Part shown: piece by piece, positions 17,101 to 30,061 of the stretch
How positions within the stretch are numbered: position 1 is the first letter of the stretch
How the letters are laid out: each line of letters begins with the position of its first letter
Origin: Eledone cirrhosa
Taxonomy: Eukaryota
DNA length: 64,000 bases
Direction: 5' to 3'
NCBI GenBank assembly: GCA_964016885.1
Contig: OZ024752.1
Coordinates: 32,302,001-32,366,000 of the forward strand
The notes under the pieces: model-generated
The model's database searches: none
What the model saw: the letters and a program-made list of their open reading frames with translations, nothing else
What the model was told of the DNA's origin: nothing
Program-made: the position numbers and the translations under genes

Positions 17101-20100
17101 CTAGTGCCATAACACAGAAGGTTCTGGTAGAGAGGGGGGGGAGAGAGAGAGAGACTAGTGCCATAACACAGAAGGTTCTGGTAGAGAGGGGGGGGAGAGA
17201 GAGAGAGACTAGTGCCATAACACAGAAGGTTCTGGTAGAGAGGGGGGGGAGAGAGAGAGAGACTAGTGCCATAACACAGAAGGTTCTGGTAGAGAGGGGG
17301 GGAGAGAGAGAGAGACTAGTGCCATAACACAGAAGGTTCTGGTAGAGAGGGGGGGGAGAGAGAGAGAGACTAGTGCCATAACACAGAAGGTTCTGGTAGA
17401 GAGGGGGGGATAGAGGGAGAGACTAGTGCCATAACACAGAAGGTTCTGGTAGAGAGGGGGGGAGAGAGAGAGAGACTAGTGCCATAACACAGAAGGTTCT
17501 GGTAGAGAGGGGGGGATAGAGGGAGAGACTAGTGCCATAACACAGAAGGTTCTGGTAGAGAGGGGGGGAGAGAGAGAGAGACTAGTGCCATAACACAGAA
17601 GGTTCTGGTAGAGAGGGGGGATAGAGAGAGAGACTAGTGCCATAACACAGAAGGTTCTGGTAGAGAGGGGGGGGAGAGAGAGAGAGACTAGTGCCATAAC
17701 ACAGAAGGTTCTGGTAGAGAGGGGGGGAGAGAGAGAGAGACTAGTGCCATAACACAGAAGGTTCTGGTAGAGAGGGGGGGAGAGAGAGAGAGACTAGTGC
17801 CATAACACAGAAGGTTCTGGTAGAGAGGGGGGGGATAGAGGGAGAGACTAGTGCCATAACACAGAAGGTTCTGGTAGAGAGGGGGGGAGAGAGAGAGAGA
17901 CTAGTGCCATAACACAGAAGGTTCTGGTAGAGAGGGGGGGAGAGAGAGAGAGACTAGTGCCATAACACAGAAGGTTCTGGTAGAGAGGGGGGGATAGAGG
18001 GAGAGACTAGTGCCATAACACAGAAGGTTCTGGTAGAGAGGGGGGGAGAGAGAGAGAGACTAGTGCCATAACACAGAAGGTTCTGGTAGAGAGGGGGGGA
18101 GAGAGAGAGAGACTAGTGCCATAACACAGAAGGTTCTGGTAGAGAGGGGGGGGAGAGAGAGAGAGACTAGTGCCATAACACAGAAGGTTCTGGTAGAGAG
18201 GGGGGGAGAGAGAGAGAGACTAGTGCCATAACACAGAAGGTTCTGGTAGAGAGGGGGGGATAGAGGGAGAGACTAGTGCCATAACACAGAAGGTTCTGGT
18301 AGAGAGGGGGGGAGAGAGAGAGAGACTAGTGCCATAACACAGAAGGTTCTGGTAGAGAGGGGGGGAGAGAGAGAGAGACTAGTGCCATAACACAGAAGGT
18401 TCTGGTAGAGAGGGGGGGATAGAGGGAGAGACTAGTGCCATAACACAGAAGGTTCTGGTAGAGAGGGGGGGAGAGAGAGAGAGACTAGTGCCATAACACA
18501 GAAGGTTCTGGTAGAGAGGGGGGGAGAGAGAGAGAGACTAGTGCCATAACACAGAAGGTTCTGGTAGAGAGGGGGGGGAGAGAGAGAGAGACTAGTGCCA
18601 TAACACAGAAGGTTCTGGTAGAGAGGGGGGGAGAGAGAGAGAGACTAGTGCCATAACACAGAAGGTTCTGGTAGAGAGGGGGGGAGAGAGAGAGAGACTA
18701 GTGCCATAACACAGAAGGTTCTGGTAGAGAGGGGGGGGAGAGAGAGAGAGACTAGTGCCATAACACAGAAGGTTCTGGTAGAGAGGGGGGGAGAGAGAGA
18801 GACTAGTGCCATAACACAGAAGGTTCTGGTAGAGAGGGGGGGAGAGAGAGAGACTAGTGCCATAACACAGAAGGTTCTGGTAGAGAGGGGGGGAGAGAGA
18901 GAGACTAGTGCCATAACACAGAAGGTTCTGGTAGAGAGGGGGGGAGAGAGAGAGAGACTAGTGCCATAACACAGAAGGTTCTGGTAGAGAGGGGGGGAGA
19001 GAGAGAGACTAGTGCCATAACACAGAAGGTTCTGGTAGAGAGGGGGGGAGAGAGAGAGAGACTAGTGCCATAACACAGAAGGTTCTGGTAGAGAGGGGGG
19101 GAGAGAGAGAGACTAGTGCCATAACACAGAAGGTTCTGGTAGAGAGGGGGGGAGAGAGAGAGAGACTAGTGCCATAACACAGAAGGTTCTGGTAGAGAGG
19201 GGGGGAGAGAGAGAGACTAGTGCCATAACACAGAAGGTTCTGGTAGAGAGGGGGGGAGAGAGAGAGACTAGTGCCATAACACAGAAGGTTCTGGTAGAGA
19301 GGGGGGGAGAGAGAGAGAGACTAGTGCCATAACACAGAAGGTTCTGGTAGAGAGGGGGGGAGAGAGAGAGACTAGTGCCATAACACAGAAGGTTCTGGTA
19401 GAGAGGGGGGGAGAGAGAGAGAGACTAGTGCCATAACACAGAAGGTTCTGGTAGAGAGGGGGGGAGAGAGAGAGAGACTAGTGCCATAACACAGAAGGTT
19501 CTGGTAGAGAGGGGGGGAGAGAGAGAGACTAGTGCCATAACACAGAAGGTTCTGGTAGAGAGGGGGGGATAGAGGGAGAGACTAGTGCCATAACACAGAA
19601 GGTTCTGGTAGAGAGGGGGGGAGAGAGAGAGAGACTAGTGCCATAACACAGAAGGTTCTGGTAGAGAGGGGGGGATAGAGGGAGAGACTAGTGCCATAAC
19701 ACAGAAGGTTCTGGTAGAGAGGGGGGGAGAGAGAGAGAGACTAGTGCCATAACACAGAAGGTTCTGGTAGAGAGGGGGGGAGAGAGAGAGAGACTAGTGC
19801 CATAACACAGAAGGTTCTGGTAGAGAGGGGGGGATAGAGGGAGAGACTAGTGCCATAACACAGAAGGTTCTGGTAGAGAGGGGGGGAGAGAGAGAGAGAC
19901 TAGTGCCATAACACAGAAGGTTCTGGTAGAGAGGGGGGAGAGAGAGAGAGACTAGTGCCATAACACAGAAGGTTCTGGTAGAGAGGGGGGGAGAGAGAGA
20001 GAGACTAGTGCCATAACACAGAAGGTTCTGGTAGAGAGGGGGGGATAGAGAGAGAGACTAGTGCCATAACACAGAAGGTTCTGGTAGAGAGGGGGGGATA

Positions 20101-23100
20101 GAGGGAGAGACTAGTGCCATAACACAGAAGGTTCTGGTAGAGAGGGGGGGAGAGAGAGAGAGACTAGTGCCATAACACAGAAGGTTCTGGTAGAGAGGGG
20201 GGGAGAGAGAGAGAGACTAGTGCCATAACACAGAAGGTTCTGGTAGAGAGGGGGGGAGAGAGAGAGAGACTAGTGCCATAACACAGAAGGTTCTGGTAGA
20301 GAGGGGGGGATAGAGAGAGAGACTAGTGCCATAACACAGAAGGTTCTGGTAGAGAGGGGGGGAGAGAGAGAGAGACTAGTGCCATAACACAGAAGGTTCT
20401 GGTAGAGAGGGGGGGAGAGAGAGAGAGACTAGTGCCATAACACAGAAGGTTCTGGTAGAGAGGGGGGGAGAGAGAGAGAGACTAGTGCCATAACACAGAA
20501 GGTTCTGGTAGAGAGGGGGGGATAGAGAGAGAGAGACTAGTGCCATAACACAGAAGGTTCTGGTAGAGAGGGGGGGAGAGAGAGAGAGACTAGTGCCATA
20601 ACACAGAAGGTTCTGGTAGAGAGGGGGGGAGAGAGAGAGACTAGTGCCATAACACAGAAGGTTCTGGTAGAGAGGGGGGGAGAGAGAGAGACTAGTGCCA
20701 TAACACAGAAGGTTCTGGTAGAGAGGGGGGGAGAGAGAGAGAGACTAGTGCCATAACACAGAAGGTTCTGGTAGAGAGGGGGGGATAGAGAGAGAGACTA
20801 GTGCCATAACACAGAAGGTTCTGGTAGAGAGGGGGGGAGAGAGAGAGACTAGTGCCATAACACAGAAGGTTCTGGTAGAGAGGGGGGGAGAGAGAGACTA
20901 GTGCCATAACACAGAAGGTTCTGGTAGAGAGGGGGGGAGAGAGAGAGAGACTAGTGCCATAACACAGAAGGTTCTGGTAGAGAGGGGGGGAGAGAGAGAG
21001 ACTAGTGCCATAACACAGAAGGTTCTGGTAGAGAGGGGGGGAGAGAGAGAGACTAGTGCCATAACACGGAAGGTTCTGGTAGAGAGGGGGGGAGAGAGAG
21101 AGAGACTAGTGCCATAACACAGAAGGTTCTGGTAGAGAGGGGGGGATAGAGAGAGAGACTAGTGCCATAACACAGAAGGTTCTGGTAGAGAGGGGGGGAG
21201 AGAGAGAGACTAGTGCCATAACACAGAAGGTTCTGGTAGAGAGGGGGGGAGAGAGAGACTAGTGCCATAACACAGAAGGTTCTGGTAGAGAGGGGGGGAG
21301 AGAGAGAGAGACTAGTGCCATAACACAGAAGGTTCTGGTAGAGAGGGGGGGAGAGAGAGAGAGACTAGTGCCATAACACAGAAGGTTCTGGTAGAGAGGG
21401 GGGGGAGAGAGAGAGACTAGTGCCATAACACAGAAGGTTCTGGTAGAGAGGGGGGGGGAGAGAGAGAGACTAGTGCCATAACACAGAAGGTTCTGGTAGA
21501 GAGGGGGGGGAGAGAGAGAGACTAGTGCCATAACACAGAAGGTTCTGGTAGAGAGGGGGGGGAGAGAGAGAGAGACTAGTGCCATAACACAGAAGGTTCT
21601 GGTAGAGAGGGGGGGATAGAGGGAGACACTAGTGCCATAACACAGAAGGTTCTGGTAGAGAGGGGGGGAGAGAGAGAGACTAGTGCCATAACACAGAAGG
21701 TTCTGGTAGAGAGGGGGGGATAGAGAGAGAGACTAGTGCCATAACACAGAAGGTTCTGGTAGAGAGGGGGGGGATAGAGAGAGAGACTAGTGCCATAACA
21801 CAGAAGGTTCTGGTAGAGAGGGGGGGATAGAGAGAGAGACTAGTGCCATAACACAGAAGGTTCTGGTAGAGAGGGGGGAGAGAGAGAGAGACTAGTGCCA
21901 TAACACAGAAGGTTCTGGTAGAGAGGGGGGGATAGAGAGAGAGACTAGTGCCATAACACAGAAGGTTCTGGTAGAGAGGGGGGGATAGAGAGAGAGACTA
22001 GTGCCATAACACAGAAGGTTCTGGTAGAGAGGGGGGGATAGAGAGAGAGACTAGTGCCATAACACAGAAGGTTCTGGTAGAGAGGGGGGGATAGAGAGAG
22101 AGACTAGTGCCATAACACAGAAGGTTCTGGTAGAGAGGGGGGGGAGAGAGAGAGAGACTAGTGCCATAACACAGAAGGTTCTGGTAGAGAGGGGGGGGAG
22201 AGAGAGACTAGTGCCATAACACAGAAGGTTCTGGTAGAGAGGGGGGGGGAGAGAGAGACTAGTGCCATAACACAGAAGGTTCTGGTAGAGAGGGGGGGGA
22301 GAGAGAGAGAGACTAGTGCCATAACACAGAAGGTTCTGGTAGAGAGGGGGGGGGGAGAGAGACTAGTGCCATAACACAGAAGGTTCTGGTAGAGAGGGGG
22401 GGGGAGAGAGACTAGTGCCATAACACAGAAGGTTCTGGTAGAGAGGGGGGGGAGAGAGAGAGAGACTAGTGCCATAACACAGAAGGTTCTGGTAGAGAGG
22501 GGGGGGGAGAGAGACTAGTGCCATAACACAGAAGGTTCTGGTAGAGAGGGGGGGGGGAGAGAGACTAGTGCCATAACACAGAAGGTTCTGGTAGAGAGGG
22601 GGGGGGGAGAGAGACTAGTGCCATAACACAGAAGGTTCTGGTAGAGAGGGGGGGGGAGAGAGACTAGTGCCATAACACAGAAGGTTCTGGTAGAGAGGGG
22701 GGGGAGAGAGAGACTAGTGCCATAACACAGAAGGTTCTGGTAGAGAGGGGGGGGGGAGAGAGACTAGTGCCATAACACAGAAGGTTCTGGTAGAGAGGGG
22801 GGGGGGAGAGAGACTAGTGCCATAACACAGAAGGTTCTGGTAGAGAGGGGGGGGAGAGAGAGAGAGACTAGTGCCATAACACAGAAGGTTCTGGTAGAGA
22901 GGGGGGGGGAGAGAGAGACTAGTGCCATAACACAGAAGGTTCTGGTAGAGAGGGGGGGGGAGAGAGACTAGTGCCATAACACAGAAGGTTCTGGTAGAGA
23001 GGGGGGGGAGAGAGAGAGAGACTAGTGCCATAACACAGAAGGTTCTGGTAGAGAGGGGGGGGGAGAGAGAGAGAGACTAGTGCCATAACACAGAAGGTTC

Positions 23101-25573
23101 TGGTAGAGAGGGGGGGGGAGAGAGAGAGAGACTAGTGCCATAACACAGAAGGTTCTGGTAGAGAGGGGGGGAGAGAGAGACTAGTGCCATAACACAGAAG
23201 GTTCTGGTAGAGAGGGGGGGAGAGAGAGAGACTAGTGCCATAACACAGAAGGTTCTGGTAGAGAGGGGGGGATAGAGAGAGAGACTAGTGCCATAACACA
23301 GAAGGTTCTGGTAGAGAGGGGGGGAGAGAGAGACTAGTGCCATAACACAGAAGGTTCTGGTAGAGAGGGGGAGAGAGAGAGAGACTAGTGCCATAACACA
23401 GAAGGTTCTGGTAGAGAGGGGGGGATAGAGAGAGAGACTAGTGCCATAACACAGAAGGTTCTGGTAGAGAGGGGGGGAGAGAGAGACTAGTGCCATAACA
23501 CAGAAGGTTCTGGTAGAGAGGGGGGGGGAGAGAGGGAGAGACTAGTGCCATAACACAGAAGGTTCTGGTAGAGAGGGGGGGATAGAGGGAGAGACTAGTG
23601 CCATAACACAGAAGGTTCTGGTAGAGAGGGGGGGAGAGAGAGAGAGACTAGTGCCATAACACAGAAGGTTCTGGTAGAGAGGGGGGGGAGAGAGAGAGAG
23701 ACTAGTGCCATAACACGGAAGGTTCTGGTAGAGAGGGGGGGGGAGAGAGAGAGAGACTAGTGCCATAACACAGAAGGTTCTGGTAGAGAGGGGGGGGGAG
23801 AGAGAGAGAGACTAGTGCCATAACACAGAAGGTTCTGGTAGAGAGGGGGGGGGAGAGAGAGAGAGACTAGTGCCATAACACAGAAGGTTCTGGTAGAGAG
23901 GGGGGGGGAGAGAGAGACTAGTGCCATAACACAGAAGGTTCTGGTAGAGAGGGGGGGGGAGAGAGAGAGAGACTAGTGCCATAACACAGAAGGTTCTGGT
24001 AGAGAGGGGGGGGATAGAGGGAGAGACTAGTGCCATAACACAGAAGGTTCTGGTAGAGAGGGGGGGAGAGAGAGAGAGACTAGTGCCATAACACAGAAGG
24101 TTCTGGTAGAGAGGGGGGGGAGAGAGAGAGAGACTAGTGCCATAACACGGAAGGTTCTGGTAGAGAGGGGGGGATAGAGGGAGAGACTAGTGCCATAACA
24201 CAGAAGGTTCTGGTAGAGAGGGGGGGGAGAGAGAGAGAGACTAGTGCCATAACACGGAAGGTTCTGGTAGAGAGGGGGGGATAGAGGGAGAGACTAGTGC
24301 CATAACACAGAAGGTTCTGGTAGAGAGGGGGGGAGAGAGAGAGAGACTAGTGCCATAACACGGAAGGTTCTGGTAGAGAGGGGGGGATAGAGGGAGAGAC
24401 TAGTGCCATAACACAGAAGGTGCTGGTAGAGAGGGGGGAGAGAGAGAGAGACTAGTGCCATAACACAGAAGGTTCTGGTAGAGAGGGGGGGGAGAGAGAG
24501 AGAGACTAGTGCCATAACACGGAAGGTTCTGGTAGAGAGGGGGGGATAGAGGGAGAGACTAGTGCCATAACACAGAAGGTTCTGGTAGAGAGGGGGGGAG
24601 AGAGAGAGAGACTAGTGCCATAACACAGAAGGTTCTGGTAGAGAGGGGGGGAGAGAGAGAGACTAGTGCCATAACACAGAAGGTTCTGGTAGAGAGGGGG
24701 GGAGAGAGAGAGAGACTAGTGCCATAACACGGAAGGTTCTGGTAGAGAGGGGGGGATAGAGGGAGAGACTAGTGCCATAACACAGAAGGTTCTGGTAGAG
24801 AGGGGGGAGAGAGAGAGACTAGTGCCATAACACAGAAGGTTCTGGTAGAGAGGGGGGGGGAGAGAGAGAGAGACTAGTGCCGTAACACAGAAGGTTCTGG
24901 TAGAGAGGGGGAGAGAGAGAGAGACTAGTGCCATAACACAGAAGGTTCTGGTAGAGAGGGGGGATAGAGGGAGAGACTAGTGCCATAACACGGAAGGTTC
25001 TGGTAGAGAGGGGGGGGGGAGAGAGAGAGAGACTAGTGCCATAACACAGAAGGTTCTGGTAGAGAGGGGGGAGAGAGAGAGAGACTAGTGCCATAACACA
25101 GAAGGTTCTGGTAGAGAGGGGGGATAGAGGGAGAGACTAGTGCCATAACACGGAAGGTTCTGGTAGAGAGGGGGGGGGGAGAGAGAGAGAGACTAGTGCC
25201 ATAACACAGAAGGTTCTGGTAGAGAGGGGGGAGAGAGAGAGAGACTAGTGCCATAACACAGAAGGTTCTGGTAGAGAGGGGGGGGGGGAGAGAGAGAGAG
25301 ACTAGTGCCATAACACAGAAGGTTCTGGTAGAGAGGGAGGAAAAGAGAGACTAGTGCCATAACACAGAAGGTGCTGGTAGAGAGGGGAGGAGAGAGAGAG
25401 AGACTAGTGCCATAACACAGAAGGTGCTGGTAGAGAGGGGGGATAGAGAGAGAGAGAAAGAGAGAGTGAGAGAGAGAGACTAGTGCCATAACACAGAAGG
25501 TTCTGGTAGAGAGGGGAGAGAGGGAGAGGGAGGAAGGAGGGTGAGAGAGAAAGACTAGTGCCATAACACAGAA
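14117..25573. repeat. Satellite 2: ~53-bp unit ACTAGTGCCATAACACAGAAGGTTCTGGTAGAGA(G)6-10(AG)n, ~215 copies
   Basis: Invariant ~30-bp core with a SpeI site followed by a variable G run and (GA)n; shorter TAAG(G)n variants at the left end and degenerate units at the right end. Confidence 0.97.
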
Positions 25574-26019
25574 TTATATATATATATATATATATACATA
25601 TATCCAACCGTGACCATCTCCACTGAAAGTTTTCGTGAAATAGTCTTTTCAAGACTATACAGAGCATTTGAAGTTGTCCCAAATTGAAGGTTGAGTACTT
25701 TAGACTTTGTTTTAACATGAGTTAAGGCTCTATTGATTTTTCCCTGGATTTCTCTAAATTCTGTTGGATGAATCTATATCCTGATTCCTTTTGAATTGAG
25801 TCTGAATTATTTTTCCCATATCTTATGTTAACTATTTTCCCATTTTGACGCTATTGTCACTTATATGTTATGGAATACTGTTAGCTTCTCGCTACAACAA
25901 TTTCTATACTTTTCATTTATATATATATATGTATGAATGAAGTAATTATGTCGGAAAAGTCCAGGAAAAAAGACATTTTTGTTTTTTAAAATCCAAATTC
26001 AATAAACAGACCAAGATTT

Positions 26020-26078
26020 TTTCATTCTGAGGATTGAAAGCAAAATCTTTTGCTTTTAAGAAACCACTGGTAAATGGA
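26020..26078 (+). ncRNA. Type I hammerhead ribozyme (PLE pLTR-like fragment)
   Basis: Stem I TTCATT/AATGGA; core CTGAGGA (26027-33); stem II TTGAAAGCAAAA/TTTTGCTTTTAA; GAAA (26060-63); stem III ACC-act-GGT; GUA cleavage triplet ending at 26072. Confidence 0.75.
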
Positions 26079-26104
26079 ATAATTGCCTTATGTTGTTTAT
26101 TACA

Positions 26105-26109
<5 letters not shown>

Positions 26110-26139
<30 letters not shown>

Positions 26140-26670
26140 TCACACACACATAATACACACATACACAGATATAAACACATCTTTACATATATACATGCAC
26201 ATAGATACACACATACATATACATACAGTTACATACACACAAAAGATACATACACAGATATAAACATACCTTTACAGATATACATATACACACTTTAGAT
26301 ATACACATACGTACATACACATACACACATACACATACATACACAAATATAAACATACTTTTACAGATATACATATATACACGTTAGATATACACATACA
26401 CATATAGACACAGATATAGCAAAAATTAATTCAGTAACAATGGTTTTTATACCAGTTGTGTACCATGTAAAGATATTCCGTATTGTATATATAAATAAAA
26501 TTTATATACACACCGGATCTCTCTCTCTCTCTTTCTCTTTCTCTTTCTCTCTCTCTCGCTCTCTTTCTGTCTCTATATATATATATGTGTGTGAATATAT
26601 GTGTAAATTAAGTAATTCCGTTGGAATTATGTGAGTACGTATGCCTATGTGTATATGTATGTATGTATAT
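26110..26670. repeat. (TA)/(CA)/(CT) microsatellite mosaic
   Basis: Directly visible. Confidence 0.85.
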
Positions 26671-26673
26671 ATA

Positions 26674-27271
26674 CAGTTGGTGCTACTGGTAACATGTATC
26701 CCAGTACAACCTGTCCCATGGTCGGGTCATTGGCGACTAAACTGGCAACCCCACCAAGGTTTCTTGGTGAGGAGGGTGACTTTGGACATCCTGCAGGACT
26801 AAAAACAAAACCTGTCAAAGGGCAAAGGAGCTCTTAAGAGTCAATGGCCATCCAAAAGCACCGGGAGAGATGACCCCTTAGCCTTTGTCAAGGCAGAATT
26901 CTAGGAGAAGGAAAACTCTGATATAACACCTGCAACTCTGATGGTATCCAATGATGTTGACTTGTTCTTCTTTTTGGTAAATATCATGTTGGTTAAGAGA
27001 GTGGGACTGGCTTTGTGCAGTGCCTTTGCTCACTATAAAAGCTTCACGGCACAGGCATTGCTTCATATCTGGAGATCTCTCTGCACTTGTCGTCACATGG
27101 TACCATGGGCCCAGCACTATGTGTCAGTAATTGTCACAAGTGTAGTGTTTGTGCCAGAGTTTTCAAGTCGCTGGCTGGACTAAAAAGTCACACTCGTTCA
27201 GCGCATCGGTAGGGGTTCTCCTACATGGATATAAAGTAGTGGCCGTACTCGAAAACGAGTTGGCAGCCACC

Positions 27272-27272
<1 letters not shown>
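26674..27272 (+). mobile_element. Non-autonomous retroposon with RTE-like 5'-UTR motif (CTAGGAGAAGGAAAACTCTG), ending GGCAGCCACCA-(TA)n
   Basis: A closely similar inverted copy lies at 30473-30880; the motif resembles RTE/BovB-type 5' UTRs; no coherent ORF. Confidence 0.6.
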
Positions 27273-27309
<37 letters not shown>

Positions 27310-27605
27310 GTATGTGTGTGCATGTATATATATATATGTGTGTGTGTGTATATATATATGTATATGTGTGTGTATATGTGTCTCTGTGTATACATATATG
27401 TATATGTGTGTGTATATGTGTGTGTGTGTATATATATATGTATATGTGTGTGTATATGTGTCTCTGTGTATACATATATGTATATGTGTGTGTATATGTG
27501 TCTCTGTGTATACATATATATGTGTGTGTATATGTGTCTCTGTGTATACATATGTGTATATATGTGTGTATATGTGAGTGTGTGTGTGTGCGTGTGTGTG
27601 TTGTT
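27273..27605. repeat. (TA)/(TG) microsatellite
   Basis: Directly visible. Confidence 0.9.
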
Positions 27606-27713
27606 ATATATTCTTATTTATTATTCTCCCCCCCTTTTTTTTTCCTCCAGCCTCACTTTCATATCTGTTATATTTTTGTTTTTCAAATCTAGTCAATAAA
27701 GACACCAGGATTT

Positions 27714-27773
27714 TTTCATTCTGATGAATGAAAGCAATTTTGGTTTCTTTCAAGAAACCACTGGTAAATGAAA
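27714..27773 (+). ncRNA. Type I hammerhead ribozyme (paralogue of 26020 motif)
   Basis: Stem I TTTCATT/AATGAAA; CTGATGA (27721-27); stem II TGAAAG/CTTTCA with A-A at the closing position; GAAA (27754-57); ACC-act-GGT; GUA site ending at 27766. Confidence 0.7.
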
Positions 27774-27913
27774 TAATTAGCTTATGTTGTTTATTACATA
27801 ACTATATATATATATGTTTATCCCAGGTACAATCGGGGGTAACCACAGTCAGTAAGGTACTCAATACAAAGCAGAGGATATCATCATCATCATCATCATC
27901 ATCATCGTTTAAT

Positions 27914-28262
27914 GGAGGCACATGGCTTAGTGGTTAGATCATTGGCCTTGAAATCGAAAGGTTGTGAGTTCAATTCTCAGACCGAGTGATGTGTTGTTTC
28001 CTTGAGCAAGACACTTTATTTCACATTGCTCCAGTTTACTCAGCTGTAGAAATGAGATGATAGGGACTGGGGTCCCTATCATTCCACTGCAAAGTGGTCG
28101 TGGAGGTGCCACGGCAAAAAAAAAAACACTCAGTACTCACTGTAAATGAGGTTGGTGTTAGGAAGGGCATCCAGCTGTAGAAATCAAGCCAGAATCAGTT
28201 CCCGTCCCACCCTTGCAAGCAGGGAAAAGTGGACGTAAAATGAAATGAATGAATGAAATGAA
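27914..28262 (+). mobile_element. tRNA-derived CORE-type SINE, family B, with RTE-derived 3' tail
   Basis: A box TGGCTTAGTGG, B box GAGTTCAATTC, CORE-like CCTTGAGCAAGACACTT...CTCAGCTGTAGAAATG, tail CCCTTGCAAGCAGGGAAAAGTGGACGTAAAATGA; near identical to 58364-58710. Confidence 0.88.
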
Positions 28263-28361
28263 ATTAAAGTTATATCTGTATAAATACAGGACAGGGTGTA
28301 TAATTGAGACTACCAACTTGTATAAATATATATATACATATATCTAATACCAGAAAATACT

Positions 28362-29688
28362 TCAGAGTTGACTGGGTGCACTTTACTGGGATACCAGCAC
28401 TACTACTTTACAGAGTGGACTGGGTGCATTTTACTGGGATACCAGCACTACTACTTTACTGGGATACCAGCATTACTACTTTACAGAGTGGACTGGGTGC
28501 ATTTTACTGGGATACCAGCACTACTACTTTACAGAGTGGACTGGGTGCATTTTACTGGGATACCAGCACTACTACTTTACAGAGTGGACTGGGTGCATTT
28601 TACTGGGATACCAGCACTACTACTTTACTGGGATACTAGCATTACTACTTTACAGAGTGGACTGGGTGCATTTTACTGGGATACCAGCACTACTACTTTA
28701 CAGAGTGGACTGGGTGCATTTTACTGGGATACCAGCACTACTACTTTACAGAGTGGACTGGGTGCATTTTACTGGGATACCAGCACTACTACTTTACAGA
28801 GTGGACTGGGTGCATTTTACTAGGATACCAGCACTACTACTTTACAGAGTGGACTGGGTGCATTTTACTGGGATACCAGCACTACTACTTTACAAAGTGA
28901 ACTGGGTGCATTTTACTGGGATACCAGTGCTACTACTTTACAGAGTGGACTGGGTGCATTTTACTGGGATACCAGCACTACTACTTTACAAAGTGAACTG
29001 GGTGCATTTTACTGGGATACCAGTGCTACTACTTTACAGAGTGGACTGGGTGCATTTTACTGGGATACCAGCACTACTACTTTACAGAGTGGACTGGGTG
29101 CATTTTACTGGGATACCAGCACTACTACTTTACAGAGTGGACTGGGTGCATTTTACTGGGATACCAGCACTACTACTTTACTGGGATACTAGCATTACTA
29201 CTTTACAGAGTGGACTGGGTGCATTTTACTGGGATACCAGCACTACTACTTTACAGAGTGGACTGGGTGCATTTTACTGGGATACCAGCACTACTACTTT
29301 ACAGAGTGGACTGGGTGCATTTTACTGGGATACCAGCACTACTACTTTACAGAGTGGACTGGGTGCATTTTACTAGGATACCAGCACTACTACTTTACAG
29401 AGTGGACTGGGTGCATTTTACTGGGATACCAGCACTACTACTTTACAAAGTGAACTGGGTGCATTTTACTGGGATACCAGTGCTACTACTTTACAGAGTG
29501 GACTGGGTGCATTTTACTGGGATACCAGCACTACTACTTTACAAAGTGAACTGGGTGCATTTTACTGGGATACCAGTGCTACTACTTTACAGAGTGGACT
29601 GGGTGCATTTTACTGGGATACCAGCACTACTACTTTACAGAGTGGACTGGGTGCATTTTACTGGGATACCAGCACTACTACTTTACAG
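28362..29688. repeat. 48-bp minisatellite TTTACAGAGTGGACTGGGTGCATTTTACTGGGATACCAGCACTACTAC (~27 copies)
   Basis: Tandem array with 16-aa periodicity in the ORF track; internal 553-bp higher-order duplication (ORFs at 28657 and 29210). Confidence 0.95.
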
Positions 29689-30061
29689 ACATATAAATAC
29701 TCGAACTTAAGAAAAAGAAACACACTAAAGAAGATTCTTTGAAATCACTACCACATTTTTTAATAGAAAAATAAAACTTATATTGACTGGATTTATGTTA
29801 GTTGTTATATCAAAACAGAAAATTAGGAAGGATTGGCTTCTTTAAAGTTTCTATCTATCAAATTCTCAGATTCCCTAACGAGACATTGATCAACTCAGAA
29901 CTATAGAAAAAGACACTTTCTCATGAGGCTAAATATAATATACCAGTCGCTAGACAAGATCCCGGGCCTCATTTGCTTAATGAGTCGGGTGGAGTTCATC
30001 TAATTGGATTGAAGAAGCAATGTTTCCGTTGGTCGTTCCAATTTCTAATACTATCTACTGG

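Noticed and set aside
14117-25573. CRISPR-like look (constant ~30-bp repeat with variable intervening sequence)
   Set aside because: The intervening parts are only G-run/(GA)n length variants, not unique spacers; no cas genes; eukaryotic context.
1261-25573. Many ORFs in the two satellites (MWWWWCCYGG.., MALVSLS..)
   Set aside because: Translations of tandem units with constant frame switching; no coding evidence.
25600-25915. Minus-strand coding-like stretch (PTEFREIQGKINRALTHVKTKSK..)
   Set aside because: Short, bounded by stops, no recognisable motif; possibly a TE ORF relic, but unassignable.
26674-26750. HDV-like ribozyme at the 5' end of the RTE-like element
   Set aside because: CTAA-ACTGG and CCAGT resemble J4/2 and P2, but I could not build a 7-bp P1 with a properly nested P3/L3; unsupported without a motif search.
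27914-27985. tRNA genes at SINE heads (also 33172, 58364, 59891)
   Set aside because: A/B boxes are present but no full cloverleaf, and they continue into SINE bodies.
28304-29710. Repetitive 239/166-aa ORFs as a repeat protein
   Set aside because: A 48-bp SINE-derived minisatellite, open in several frames with frame-breaking partial units.
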